DNA of 64,000 nt from Candidatus Nomurabacteria bacterium GW2011_GWD2_36_14 (lineage in GTDB: Bacteria > Patescibacteriota > Minisyncoccia > Phycocordibacterales > UBA9973), in contig LBRL01000001.1 of NCBI GenBank assembly GCA_000991405.1, positions 527,989 through 591,988 of the forward strand, given 5' to 3'. How positions within the stretch are numbered: position 1 is the stretch's first letter; each line of letters begins with the position of its first letter. The notes below the pieces were generated by a model, which ran no database searches, was not told where the DNA came from, and saw only the letters and a program-made list of their open reading frames with translations. The translations under genes and the position numbers were made by a program. This document shows positions 15,329 to 24,751 of the stretch, piece by piece.

Positions 15329-17455
15329 ATGCAAAGTAAAGAATATGAAGTAGAGATCGGTGGCAAGAAAATTGTCGCAATGTTTTCTGATTTAGCCGAC
15401 CAAGCCAATGGTTCTGTAATATTAAAAAGTGAGGGAACTGTCGTCATGGCGACGGCCGTCATATCCAAAGATGGAAGTAAGAATTTGGGATTCTTCAATC
15501 TAACAGTCGAGTACCTAGAGAAATTCTACGCCACTGGCAAGATTCTCGGAGGTCAGTACAACAAGCGTGAGGGCCGTCCTAGTGACCAAGCCATTCTCGC
15601 CGCTCGTATGATTGACCGAACCATTCGTCCACTCTTCGACCAACATATTAAAAATGCTGTACAAGTTATCATTACAGTCATAGCCGTAGGCAACACTGAT
15701 CCGAAAGCTCTCGGAATAAATGCCGCCTCAATAGCTCTGCACATGTCAGACATTCCATGGAACGGACCCATCGGTGCAGTGCAAATAAGTAAGACAAAAG
15801 AAGATGGAACCCTAAAAGTAAACCACTACATTCCAAGTGGAGATGAAGCTGTATATGAACTCGACTTGCTTGTGTGTGGAAAAGATAAAACTATAAACAT
15901 GATTGAAGCCATGTCTTTTGAATTAAGTGAAGACGAAATGGGAAAGTGCTTTGACCTTGCTTCAACTGAAATTACCAAATGGGAGGACTTCCAAAAGAAA
16001 CTTTATGCTGACTTCGGCAAAGAAAAACTTTCATTCATTAAAACAAAAATTGACGAAGACATTACTGCTATCTTCAATGAGAAAGTGAAGCCACTTCTGG
16101 ATGAGAAACTTTTCAGTCGTGATAGCAAGAAGGTTTCATATGAAGTAGAAGCACTCTGGAAAGATATATTGAAGGAAAAGTATAAAGACAGTGAAGATGA
16201 TAAGAAGATTGATGCAGCAGAAGATTATCTCCATCATTATCTAGACTCCATGTTTCACAAAATGGCATTGGAGAAGGGAGCACGTGCAGACGGAAGAGCT
16301 ATAGATGAAGTTCGCCAACTTTATGCCAAGGCAGGAGGTATCTCGGAGGTGTTGCACGGTTCTGGAATATTCTACCGAGGAGAAACTCACGTACTTTCAG
16401 TGCTTGCACTTGGTGGCCCAGAAGATATGCAAACAGTTCAAGGTATGGAATCAGAGTCTAAGAAGCGTTTCATGCATCACTACAACTTCCCTCCATACTC
16501 AGGTGGAGAGACAGGACGTGTCGGGGGATTGAACAGAAGAGAAATGGGTCATGGGTTCCTAGTGGAGAAAGCTCTCACTCCTGTTATTCCAGAGAAAATA
16601 AATTTCCCTTATACTATTCGCGTAGTCTCAGAATCTACGGCCTCGAACGGTTCTACTTCGCAAGCTTCTATCTGTGCTACAACTCTTGCACTTATGGATG
16701 GAGGAGTGCCTATCAAGACTCCTGTCGCTGGTATCTCAATAGGTCTAATGGCTGATGAAAAAGATGTTAATAAATATGTTCTACTAACTGATATTCAAGG
16801 ACCAGAAGATCACTATGGTGACATGGACTTCAAAGTTGCGGGAACAAAGGACGGTATCACTGCTATCCAGCTCGATGTGAAAGTTGATGGAGTACAAATT
16901 AAAATTCTTAAGGAGGCCTTACTTCGCGCAAAAACTGCTCGTATGCAAATCTTGGAAACTATTACAAAGGAAATAGTAGCTCCTCGTGCAAATATTTCTC
17001 CTAATGCTCCGAAGATTTTAACTGTGAAGATTAAGAAGGATCAGATAGGTATGGTCATCGGCCCTGGAGGTAAGAACATAAATGAAATTCGCGAGAAGAC
17101 AAATACAGAGATCACGATAGAAGAAGATGGAACAGTCTTCGTTACTGGCAAGAATGGCGGAGCAGAAGAAGCTGTCAAAATAATTGAAGAAATGACTCAC
17201 GAATACAAAGTAGGAGACACAGCCGAAGGAGTAGTAGTGAAGCTTATGGACTTTGGGGCTTTCGTACGTATCGGACATGATACAGAAGGTCTAGTCCACG
17301 TATCTGAAGTTGCTCCATTCCGTGTAGAGAAAGTTTCTGATATCATTAAGGAAGGAGACAGAGTACCTGTGAAAATAATCAAGGTAGATGAGAGAGGTAG
17401 ACTCAACTTCTCTATCAAAGAAGCCAACAAAGATTTCTTCAAACCAAAAGCATAA
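15329..17455 (+). CDS. pnp: Polyribonucleotide nucleotidyltransferase
   Basis: Two RNase PH domains (KREGRPS, RADGR, SNGSTS, GDMDFKVAGT), KH and S1 domains. Confidence 0.98.
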   Translation: MQSKEYEVEIGGKKIVAMFSDLADQANGSVILKSEGTVVMATAVISKDGSKNLGFFNLTVEYLEKFYATGKILGGQYNKREGRPSDQAILAARMIDRTIRPLFDQHIKNAVQVIITVIAVGNTDPKALGINAASIALHMSDIPWNGPIGAVQISKTKEDGTLKVNHYIPSGDEAVYELDLLVCGKDKTINMIEAMSFELSEDEMGKCFDLASTEITKWEDFQKKLYADFGKEKLSFIKTKIDEDITAIFNEKVKPLLDEKLFSRDSKKVSYEVEALWKDILKEKYKDSEDDKKIDAAEDYLHHYLDSMFHKMALEKGARADGRAIDEVRQLYAKAGGISEVLHGSGIFYRGETHVLSVLALGGPEDMQTVQGMESESKKRFMHHYNFPPYSGGETGRVGGLNRREMGHGFLVEKALTPVIPEKINFPYTIRVVSESTASNGSTSQASICATTLALMDGGVPIKTPVAGISIGLMADEKDVNKYVLLTDIQGPEDHYGDMDFKVAGTKDGITAIQLDVKVDGVQIKILKEALLRAKTARMQILETITKEIVAPRANISPNAPKILTVKIKKDQIGMVIGPGGKNINEIREKTNTEITIEEDGTVFVTGKNGGAEEAVKIIEEMTHEYKVGDTAEGVVVKLMDFGAFVRIGHDTEGLVHVSEVAPFRVEKVSDIIKEGDRVPVKIIKVDERGRLNFSIKEANKDFFKPKA

Positions 17456-17469
17456 TAAAAAATAAAAGA

Positions 17470-18363
17470 ATGGATGACAATAAACCAAAAATAAATACCG
17501 GAGGAGAATTGAAAACTCTAAGGACGTACATGACTGATATGGCCGACAGTGTTCGTGCCAATGAAGTCTCGGTCATTAAAGTTGCTCTGGCAGAACAAAA
17601 TAAAAAAGAGACAGAGGAACTGTACAGAAAAGTAGAAGGTACTCCTACAAAGAAAATATTTTGGTTTATTGGTGGGCTCATTCTTATCGGTGTTGCCATC
17701 TACGGTTCATACTACCTCCTACAATTAAAAGCAAAAATCAATACGATTGAGAAGGTAGTAAAGGTGGAGTCACTCATATCGAGCGATGAGATATCTGGCA
17801 TAGTCTTGGCCGACAACGACCAACTAATAGAGAAAATACAAAATGTAGAGCAAGAAAAAAGTTCCTCAAGTGTAAATGGTTCCATCAAGTTCATTCCTAT
17901 TTCAAAAATGGTAAATGGGGTAGAGGAAAGTCTAAGTACGGTTGATATTTTCTCAAGATTAAAATTCACCGCACCTTCATCTTTAGTTCGCTCTCTGTCT
18001 GACTCGTACATGATAGGGACTTACAACAAAGATTCCACGTCGAAACTTTTCTTTATCTTTCAAAGTAAAGACTATGAGTACAGCTACGCAGGAATGCTGG
18101 AGTGGGAGAATACACTAGAAAATGATATGACTGATTTATTTGGACTCAACAATACAGATCTAGGAGAAGTATCTATGGATGGAGATAAATGGAAAGATAT
18201 AATTATAAACAACAAAGACGCTAGAGTCTTGGTGGATGTGAAGGGTAGACCAATACTTTACTATCTATTTGTAGACAAGAGTAGTATCCTCATAGCTGAT
18301 AGTGATATAGTGATTAAAGAATTAATTGGGAGATTATTAACGAAAAACAATAGCCCATTATAG
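17470..18363 (+). CDS. Membrane-anchored hypothetical protein
   Basis: 297-aa ORF with one TM helix (IFWFIGGLILIGVAIYGSYY). Confidence 0.75.
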   Translation: MDDNKPKINTGGELKTLRTYMTDMADSVRANEVSVIKVALAEQNKKETEELYRKVEGTPTKKIFWFIGGLILIGVAIYGSYYLLQLKAKINTIEKVVKVESLISSDEISGIVLADNDQLIEKIQNVEQEKSSSSVNGSIKFIPISKMVNGVEESLSTVDIFSRLKFTAPSSLVRSLSDSYMIGTYNKDSTSKLFFIFQSKDYEYSYAGMLEWENTLENDMTDLFGLNNTDLGEVSMDGDKWKDIIINNKDARVLVDVKGRPILYYLFVDKSSILIADSDIVIKELIGRLLTKNNSPL

Positions 18364-18398
18364 TTTGCCCTTTAGTAGATTAATGATAAAATAATAAT

Positions 18399-18761
18399 AT
18401 GAATACAGATATATACAAAACAAAATTAGAAGAAGAGAAGAAGCTTCTAGAAGAGGAACTCAAGACTATGGGCAAGGTTGATAAAACGGGCGATTGGGAA
18501 GCAACTCCTGAAAGTGAGATCAAGGCTCAAGACGTCGAAGACGAAGGCGACATGGCCGACCGAGCAGAAGACTATGAAGAACGTTCCAGTACTCTCTCTG
18601 TCTTGGAATCAAGATTGGGCGATGTGAATCGTGCTCTTTCGCTTATCGAAAACGGACAATACGGAATCTGTGAAATTTGCAAGAATAAAATAGAGGAAGT
18701 ACGTTTAGAAGTGAATCCAAGTGCTCGCACATGTGAGACATGTATGAAAAAAGTTATTTAG
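18399..18761 (+). CDS. DksA/TraR C4 zinc-finger protein
   Basis: Coiled coil with acidic DEGDMAD tip; YGICEIC...RL...P.ARTCETC. Confidence 0.9.
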   Translation: MNTDIYKTKLEEEKKLLEEELKTMGKVDKTGDWEATPESEIKAQDVEDEGDMADRAEDYEERSSTLSVLESRLGDVNRALSLIENGQYGICEICKNKIEEVRLEVNPSARTCETCMKKVI

Positions 18762-18806
18762 CTTTTACGCTCCAAATTATAATATAATTTGGAGCGTAAA
18801 TTTTTT

Positions 18807-20378
18807 ATGTCATTTTCAAGGATATACTCAGCACAAACACATCTCCTAAAAGGCAAGATTGTCACAGTTGAAGTAGATATTACAAAGAACACTTTGCATT
18901 CTTTTACTTTAGTTGGTTTGCCCGACAAGGCCGTCGATGAGTCCAAGGACCGCATGAGCTCCGCTCTGAAAAATTCTGGATACAAATCTCCTAAAAATCA
19001 ACAACAAAAAATAGTGATTTCTCTTTCTCCAGCAGATTTAAAAAAAGAGGGTCCGTATTTTGATTTAGCTATTGCTTTGGCTTACTTACTTTCTGCAGAA
19101 GAAATAAATTTTGATGGAGAAGGACGAATATTCTTGGGTGAACTTTCTTTAAATGGAGAGCTCCGACCCATAAAGGGAGCCTTGCCACTTACAGAAGTTG
19201 CCAAAAAGCTTGGATTCAAAGAAATATTCTTACCAATAGAGAATGCAGAGGAATCAGCTCTTGTAGATGGTATTACAATATACGGGGTTAAAAATTTAAA
19301 AGAAGTTATAGACCATATTTATATTCCTAAAAAAGACAGGAAGGGAAATTTGATAGAAAAGGAACGTCCCAAAATATCCCCATTCCCTAAAACCGAAATT
19401 ATTCACAAAGAAAAAGTAAACAACATAGACTTCTCTGATATAAAAGGACAAGAAGGTGCCAAGAGAGGACTTGAGATAGCAGCCAGTGGTGGACACAACA
19501 TCGCAATGTCAGGACCACCCGGAACAGGGAAGACAATGCTGGCCAGAGTCTTCTCACATATACTTCCAGATTTAGATAAGGATGACTGCTTAGAAATTAC
19601 TGGTATACACTCTATAGTAGGGCTACTCGAGGATGCAATAATTACAGATCCACCTTTTCGTGCCCCTCACCATACAGCAAGCTATGTATCGATGATTGGA
19701 GGAGGAGCAAATCCTAAGCCTGGGGAAGTGACCCTTGCTCATAGAGGGGTACTTTTCCTCGATGAATTTCCTGAGTTTGAAAAGAGAGTACTAGAATCTC
19801 TCCGCCAACCACTCGAGGACAATATCGTATCTATCTCACGCGCTCGAGGGTCTGCTATTTTTCCTTCTAACTTTATTCTTGTTGCTGCTATGAATCCTTG
19901 CCCTTGTGGTAATAAGGGTAACAAGCAGAAAGCTTGCATTTGTAAACAAGGCGACCTAGATAGATACAAAAGAAAACTTTCAGGACCTATCATGGATCGT
20001 ATAGATATCTGGGTTAATGTTCAGAATGTCGACTACGAGAAACTTTCATCTGTTGTTCAAGAAGGAGAAAAGACAAACACCATAAAACAAAGGGTGAAAA
20101 ATGCTCGAGACATACAACTAAAAAGATATAAAAGCTCTCCTAGGAAGATAAGTACTAACAGCGAAATGAATGTCAAAGAATTAAATATCTACGCACCACT
20201 CGACGAAGAAACCAAGAAGCTTCTAAACCAAAGTGCTGAACGATTACAACTTTCAGCCAGAGCCTATCATAGAACAATCAAACTAGCTCGAACCATTGCC
20301 GATCTAGAGGGAAGTGAAGAAATCAAACAATCCCACATTCTAGAAGCATTGCAATATCGCCCCAGAGAGATGAGTTAG
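18807..20378 (+). CDS. comM: ComM/YifB Mg-chelatase-like AAA+ ATPase
   Basis: VGLPDKAV, GELSLNG, GPPGTGKTMLA, PFRAPHH, LFLDEFPEF, LSAR motifs. Confidence 0.95.
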   Translation: MSFSRIYSAQTHLLKGKIVTVEVDITKNTLHSFTLVGLPDKAVDESKDRMSSALKNSGYKSPKNQQQKIVISLSPADLKKEGPYFDLAIALAYLLSAEEINFDGEGRIFLGELSLNGELRPIKGALPLTEVAKKLGFKEIFLPIENAEESALVDGITIYGVKNLKEVIDHIYIPKKDRKGNLIEKERPKISPFPKTEIIHKEKVNNIDFSDIKGQEGAKRGLEIAASGGHNIAMSGPPGTGKTMLARVFSHILPDLDKDDCLEITGIHSIVGLLEDAIITDPPFRAPHHTASYVSMIGGGANPKPGEVTLAHRGVLFLDEFPEFEKRVLESLRQPLEDNIVSISRARGSAIFPSNFILVAAMNPCPCGNKGNKQKACICKQGDLDRYKRKLSGPIMDRIDIWVNVQNVDYEKLSSVVQEGEKTNTIKQRVKNARDIQLKRYKSSPRKISTNSEMNVKELNIYAPLDEETKKLLNQSAERLQLSARAYHRTIKLARTIADLEGSEEIKQSHILEALQYRPREMS

Positions 20379-20421
20379 AAAGTATTTGTCTCATAATAAA
20401 CAATAAAATATTAATAAACCA

Positions 20422-20461
20422 AGTGTAACACTTTGCAACGGCCGTTTGTAAGTGTTACACT
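20422..20461. repeat. 40-bp imperfect palindrome upstream of the PaaX-like gene
   Basis: AGTGTAACACTTTGCAACGGCCGTTTGTAAGTGTTACACT. Confidence 0.85.
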
Positions 20462-20467
20462 ATAGAA

Positions 20468-21055
20468 ATGAAGAAAAAGGCTCAAAATAATAAAACTACG
20501 TTTAAAAAAGAAAATCTTAAACAAGGAGCTCAAACCTTGGGTAATATACTACTTGCGGGTATAGCTATCGCTGGGATAGTAGGTGTCGCTACTGTCGCTC
20601 CAAATGCAATGCAATTGGTGAAATATTTTATACCAGAAGATGACATCAAGCGTCATTATAAATATAGGGCAAACCATAGTCTAAAAAAATTAATTACAGA
20701 TGGTTATATTCAAGAAAAAATAGTAAACGGAAGAAAAACATTTTCACTAACAAATAAAGGAAAATTAAGATATGAATCTCTTAAAGAAAAGAGGGTAACT
20801 AGATGGGATGGAAAGTGGAGACTTGTATCTTTTGATGTTTATGAAAAGAACAGAAACAAAAGAGACTTACTACGAAAAGAATTACAATCATATGGGTTTC
20901 AAATGATTCATCAAAGCACGTGGGCATATCCATATCCTTGTGATGAATATATTGCTTTACTAAAATCAGATTTATCTTTTGGTAAGAATGTTCAGTACAT
21001 GCTTGTAGAATACTTGGATATGCACATGGAATTAAAAAGACTTTTTGATTTATAA
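20468..21055 (+). CDS. PaaX-like protein (wHTH plus Cas2-like central domain)
   Basis: LTNKGK wing; WDGKWRLVSFDV..R..LR..L...GF..HQSTW motif. Confidence 0.82.
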   Translation: MKKKAQNNKTTFKKENLKQGAQTLGNILLAGIAIAGIVGVATVAPNAMQLVKYFIPEDDIKRHYKYRANHSLKKLITDGYIQEKIVNGRKTFSLTNKGKLRYESLKEKRVTRWDGKWRLVSFDVYEKNRNKRDLLRKELQSYGFQMIHQSTWAYPYPCDEYIALLKSDLSFGKNVQYMLVEYLDMHMELKRLFDL

Positions 21056-21092
21056 AAGTCCTAGACTTATATATAATTTATTCAAAATTACT

Positions 21093-21134
21093 ACTTGCAA
21101 CACTTACAAACGGCCGTTTGTAAGTGTTGCAAGT
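21093..21134. repeat. 42-bp perfect palindrome downstream of the PaaX-like gene
   Basis: ACTTGCAACACTTACAAACGGCCGTTTGTAAGTGTTGCAAGT. Confidence 0.9.
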
Positions 21135-21170
21135 GGGCAAACACAATAAATGGGGTAAATAGTCATTATC

Positions 21171-21947
21171 TTATATTTCTTTATCTAATCTTTTGGCTTC
21201 AGCCCAAGAGAGCTCGTAGATCTTCTTCATAGCGTCGGCGATTTCGGCACTTTCTATAATGATTCCAAGTTTCTCTCTCCAAGAAGCAATCATGACTTTG
21301 TTGTTATAAATATTTATTTCAGGATGAAATCCAAATTCTTTATTTGGAATAATTAAAGACTCACGCATTTCTTCATTATCTAAGCTTGATCTATTTCTTG
21401 CTTCAGGTGATTCAGGGAATATTGCTCTTATCTTTATTCCTTTCTTTGCTCTTCTTTTATAATACTCAGGAAAATATAAAGGAAGTGTTGATTCAACATC
21501 TTCAACACTAGCATATGCTAATATATCTCCTTGAGAAGTTAGTGTATCCTCGTAGACTTTTTGTAATCCATCTTTACCTTCATAAAACAAAACCTTGGGT
21601 CTTTCAATTACATTATGTATTGATTTTAATTCTGGAATTATCTTCCTTGCTTCATTTATGAACTTTTGATCTTCTTCTATTTTATTTTGTAAAAGTTTTT
21701 CTATTTGATTAGGAGATTCGGCAACATATTCTTGCTTGGGTTCTTTCCCTGATACTTTCACTAGCTCTTTTGCTGATAGGGAAGCAAGCACGTGATAGCC
21801 AGTAGGACGATTAATTCCTGCCTTTCTTGAGATCTGTGTAACCGTTCCTTTTCCAAGAGAAAGTAATGCCAAATATACCACAACTTCCTTCTCGGAGAAT
21901 CCTATATATTCGAGACTTTTCTTTATATCTAAATTTTCGTTTTCCAT
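21171..21947 (-). CDS. TrmB family transcriptional regulator (paralog of 10576)
   Basis: GFSEKEVVVYLALL..GINRPTGYHVL; shares SGKEPKQEYVAESP with the 10576 protein. Confidence 0.88.
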   Translation of the reverse strand: MENENLDIKKSLEYIGFSEKEVVVYLALLSLGKGTVTQISRKAGINRPTGYHVLASLSAKELVKVSGKEPKQEYVAESPNQIEKLLQNKIEEDQKFINEARKIIPELKSIHNVIERPKVLFYEGKDGLQKVYEDTLTSQGDILAYASVEDVESTLPLYFPEYYKRRAKKGIKIRAIFPESPEARNRSSLDNEEMRESLIIPNKEFGFHPEINIYNNKVMIASWREKLGIIIESAEIADAMKKIYELSWAEAKRLDKEI

Positions 21948-22115
21948 ACATTAAGTATATATTAAAGCATAGTAATTTGTCAATACATGCGAACAAAATA
22001 ATATATATTTTAATTTATCTATATTTTATAAATACATATTTTTATTATTTTGATAATATTACTTGACAATATATTTCAATTACTCCATACTATAAATAAA
22101 TTAAATCATTCAACC

Positions 22116-22559
22116 ATGAAAAAAATTGTAAAGGGAATTAATGAATTCCGCCAAGAAGCTACAGAAGCTTTTCTTGCTTATCAAGAGTGTAAATACGACT
22201 TGAGTAAAATTACCCCGTTATCAACAGGATACTTCCCATTATCTTTCAGAAATGAAAATTGTTACATCGGAGAGATACAGCTGGAAGAAACATCTTATGT
22301 ATGTGATGCGATTGTCCCAAATTTTGAGATTTCTAATGTTATCTTGGAAGCTGAGAAAATATTAGATGGTAGTCGATTTATATGGAGAGTTATTCTAAAG
22401 GTAAATTTTTTTGGTTTATGTCTGTGTGTTTACCACACAAGTCAAAAACATTCATATTATGTTGGTGTTCCAAATAATTTTAGTCCGGTCTTCAGAATAA
22501 TATCAAAAGAAGATAACCCAAAAATTAAAAGAATGGACAATATGATTTGTGCTTACTAA
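22116..22559 (+). CDS. Hypothetical protein
   Basis: ORF downstream of TTGACA-17-CATACT (22063) and followed by a hairpin at 22569-22590. Confidence 0.6.
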   Translation: MKKIVKGINEFRQEATEAFLAYQECKYDLSKITPLSTGYFPLSFRNENCYIGEIQLEETSYVCDAIVPNFEISNVILEAEKILDGSRFIWRVILKVNFFGLCLCVYHTSQKHSYYVGVPNNFSPVFRIISKEDNPKIKRMDNMICAY

Positions 22560-22644
22560 TTTTTAGACCAGAGGGGTAATTCCTCCTCTGCTTTATAAAG
22601 TTAATAAAAAGTGTATTATTATAAATATAACTAAATACTAATTT

Positions 22645-24300
22645 ATGACAAAAGAAAATTGTAAAACTTGTGAGAAGGAGTTTGTGATAAGGGATGAAGA
22701 TCTTGTTTTTTATGAACAAATGAAAACTGTTCCTCCTTTATATTGCCCAGAGTGTAGAATGGCGAGGCGTTTAATGTTTCGTAATGAAAGAACTTTATAT
22801 AAAAGAACTTGTGATTTATGTAAAAAGGATATGGTTACACTTTACACTCCCGAATCACCATATGTTGTTTACTGTAGTAAATGTTGGTGGAGTGATAATT
22901 GGAACCCAAAAGAGTTTGCGTTAGATTATAATCCCAATAAAAAATTCTTTGATCAATATAAAGAATTGCAACTAAAAGTTCCACGTTTAGGAATAATGGA
23001 AATCCAAAATGTAAGAAGTGAATACACAAATGGTTCAGCAGAAAATAAAGATTGCTATTTGGTTTTTGCTTCTGATTTTAATGAAGATTGTTTATACGGA
23101 AGACTTATGCAAAGAAATAAACAGTCGATGGATTGTGCTTTCCTACACGAATCAGAGCTTTGTTATGAGTGTATAGATTGCCGAAAATGTTTCAAGTGTA
23201 TGTATTCTCTACAATGCCAAGATTCTACTGATTTATTGTTTTGTTATAATCTAAAAAATTCAAACAATTGTATTTTCTGCACAAATGGAAGAAATCTTTC
23301 AAATGCAATATTAAATATAAAATATACAAAAGAAGAATATGAAAAGAAAAAGACAGAAATATTAAAAAATTACGAAAGTATTGAACAGGCTAAAAAAGAA
23401 TTTGAAGAATTAAAAAGTAAAACTATTAAAAAATTCGCGACCCAGACGAAATGTCACAATGTCACTGGAGATTATTTACACAACTGCCAAGAAGGAGTGA
23501 GATTATTTGATACATATGATGCAAAAAATTGTTCCTATATGAAAGATATTGATGGTGCAATAGATAGTATGGATTGTAACAATGCTTATGATAAACCAGA
23601 GTTTATATATAATGTAATGGGGGCATTACAAGGAAGTAAGTTAAAAAATTCTGCTTTTGTCTTCTATTGTAATGAAATTGAATACTGTGATAATTGTCAT
23701 CATCTATCAAATGGTATTGGCTGTATTTCTGTACGAAAGGGGAATTACATGATTTTCAATAAAGAATATTCCAAAGAAGAATATATGGAGTTGAAAGAAA
23801 AAATAGAAGAACAGTTTAAAAAAGAAGGAATATTGGGACAATTCTTTTCACCTGAAGTTGCACCATTCGCTTATAATGAATCCTTAATTCATGATTTCTT
23901 TCCTCTATCTAAAGATGAAGCAATTAAAAGGGGTTACAAATGGCAAGACAAAACTACTGGAACCTTTGGTAAAGAAACGATTAAAAAAGGAGAAATTTCT
24001 AACTCTGTAAACGATGTCAATGAAAATATTTTAGATGAAGTATTGATTTGTGAATCATGTAACAAAAATTATAAAATAGTTGAAGCTGAATTAACTTTTT
24101 ATAAAAAAATGGGGCTTCCTATTCCTCATAAAGATTTTGAATGTAGACATGAAGATAGAATGAGGAAAAGAAACGGAATGAAATTGTATCATAGATCTTG
24201 TATGAAAGAAGGATGTGAAAATGAGTTTGAAACAACTTACAGCCCAGACAAAAAAGATGTCATATATTGTGAGAATTGCTATCAGAAGGAAATATATTGA
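22645..24300 (+). CDS. Cys-rich zinc-ribbon protein (CPR-type)
   Basis: Multiple CxxC pairs at both ends; central Cys-rich beta-solenoid-like repeats. Confidence 0.8.
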   Translation: MTKENCKTCEKEFVIRDEDLVFYEQMKTVPPLYCPECRMARRLMFRNERTLYKRTCDLCKKDMVTLYTPESPYVVYCSKCWWSDNWNPKEFALDYNPNKKFFDQYKELQLKVPRLGIMEIQNVRSEYTNGSAENKDCYLVFASDFNEDCLYGRLMQRNKQSMDCAFLHESELCYECIDCRKCFKCMYSLQCQDSTDLLFCYNLKNSNNCIFCTNGRNLSNAILNIKYTKEEYEKKKTEILKNYESIEQAKKEFEELKSKTIKKFATQTKCHNVTGDYLHNCQEGVRLFDTYDAKNCSYMKDIDGAIDSMDCNNAYDKPEFIYNVMGALQGSKLKNSAFVFYCNEIEYCDNCHHLSNGIGCISVRKGNYMIFNKEYSKEEYMELKEKIEEQFKKEGILGQFFSPEVAPFAYNESLIHDFFPLSKDEAIKRGYKWQDKTTGTFGKETIKKGEISNSVNDVNENILDEVLICESCNKNYKIVEAELTFYKKMGLPIPHKDFECRHEDRMRKRNGMKLYHRSCMKEGCENEFETTYSPDKKDVIYCENCYQKEIY

Positions 24301-24301
24301 G

Positions 24302-24397
24302 TAATTAATAATTAATAATTAATAATGTAATATTAAAATGCCTCGGCGTCGCCGAGACATTTTAATTCGTAATTATTAATTATTAATTATTAATTAT
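24302..24397. repeat. Inverted AATTAAT heptamer arrays enclosing a terminator hairpin
   Basis: (AATTAAT)3 .. TTAAAATGCCTCGGCGTCGCCGAGACATTTTAA .. (ATTAATT)3. Confidence 0.8.
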
Positions 24398-24399
24398 AC

Positions 24400-24735
24400 C
24401 TATCTCTTCTTTGCTGAATAAGGAGCGGTAGCGGGAGTGAAGACGGGGGGATTGAGGTTTACTTTTTTCTTCTTTACAACGGGCTTTTTCTTTACTACGG
24501 CTTTTTTCACGGGAGCTTTCTTTACTGTAGTGGCCTGTTTTGTAACTGTAGGCTTTGGTGCCCCTGTATTTTCCTTTGCTAAAACTACAGAAGCAGGAAG
24601 AGCTTGTTGTGCCGTTGCCAAAACCTTACTTTCTTCTTTCTTTTTACTCAAGTAACCATCAGAAGCTAAAACGCCAAAAGAAGAAGCTGTCGCTACAAAA
24701 ATTAAAATTATTAAAACAATTGTTTTTTGTTTCAT
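24400..24735 (-). CDS. Small exported Lys/Ala/Pro-rich protein
   Basis: Signal-like N-terminus and basic low-complexity tail. Confidence 0.65.
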   Translation of the reverse strand: MKQKTIVLIILIFVATASSFGVLASDGYLSKKKEESKVLATAQQALPASVVLAKENTGAPKPTVTKQATTVKKAPVKKAVVKKKPVVKKKKVNLNPPVFTPATAPYSAKKR

Positions 24736-24751
24736 AAACTATAATTCGATA

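Noticed and set aside
20468-21055. CRISPR-associated Cas2 call
   Set aside because: The Cas2-like segment is a PaaX-type central domain behind a wHTH; there is no cas1 or array
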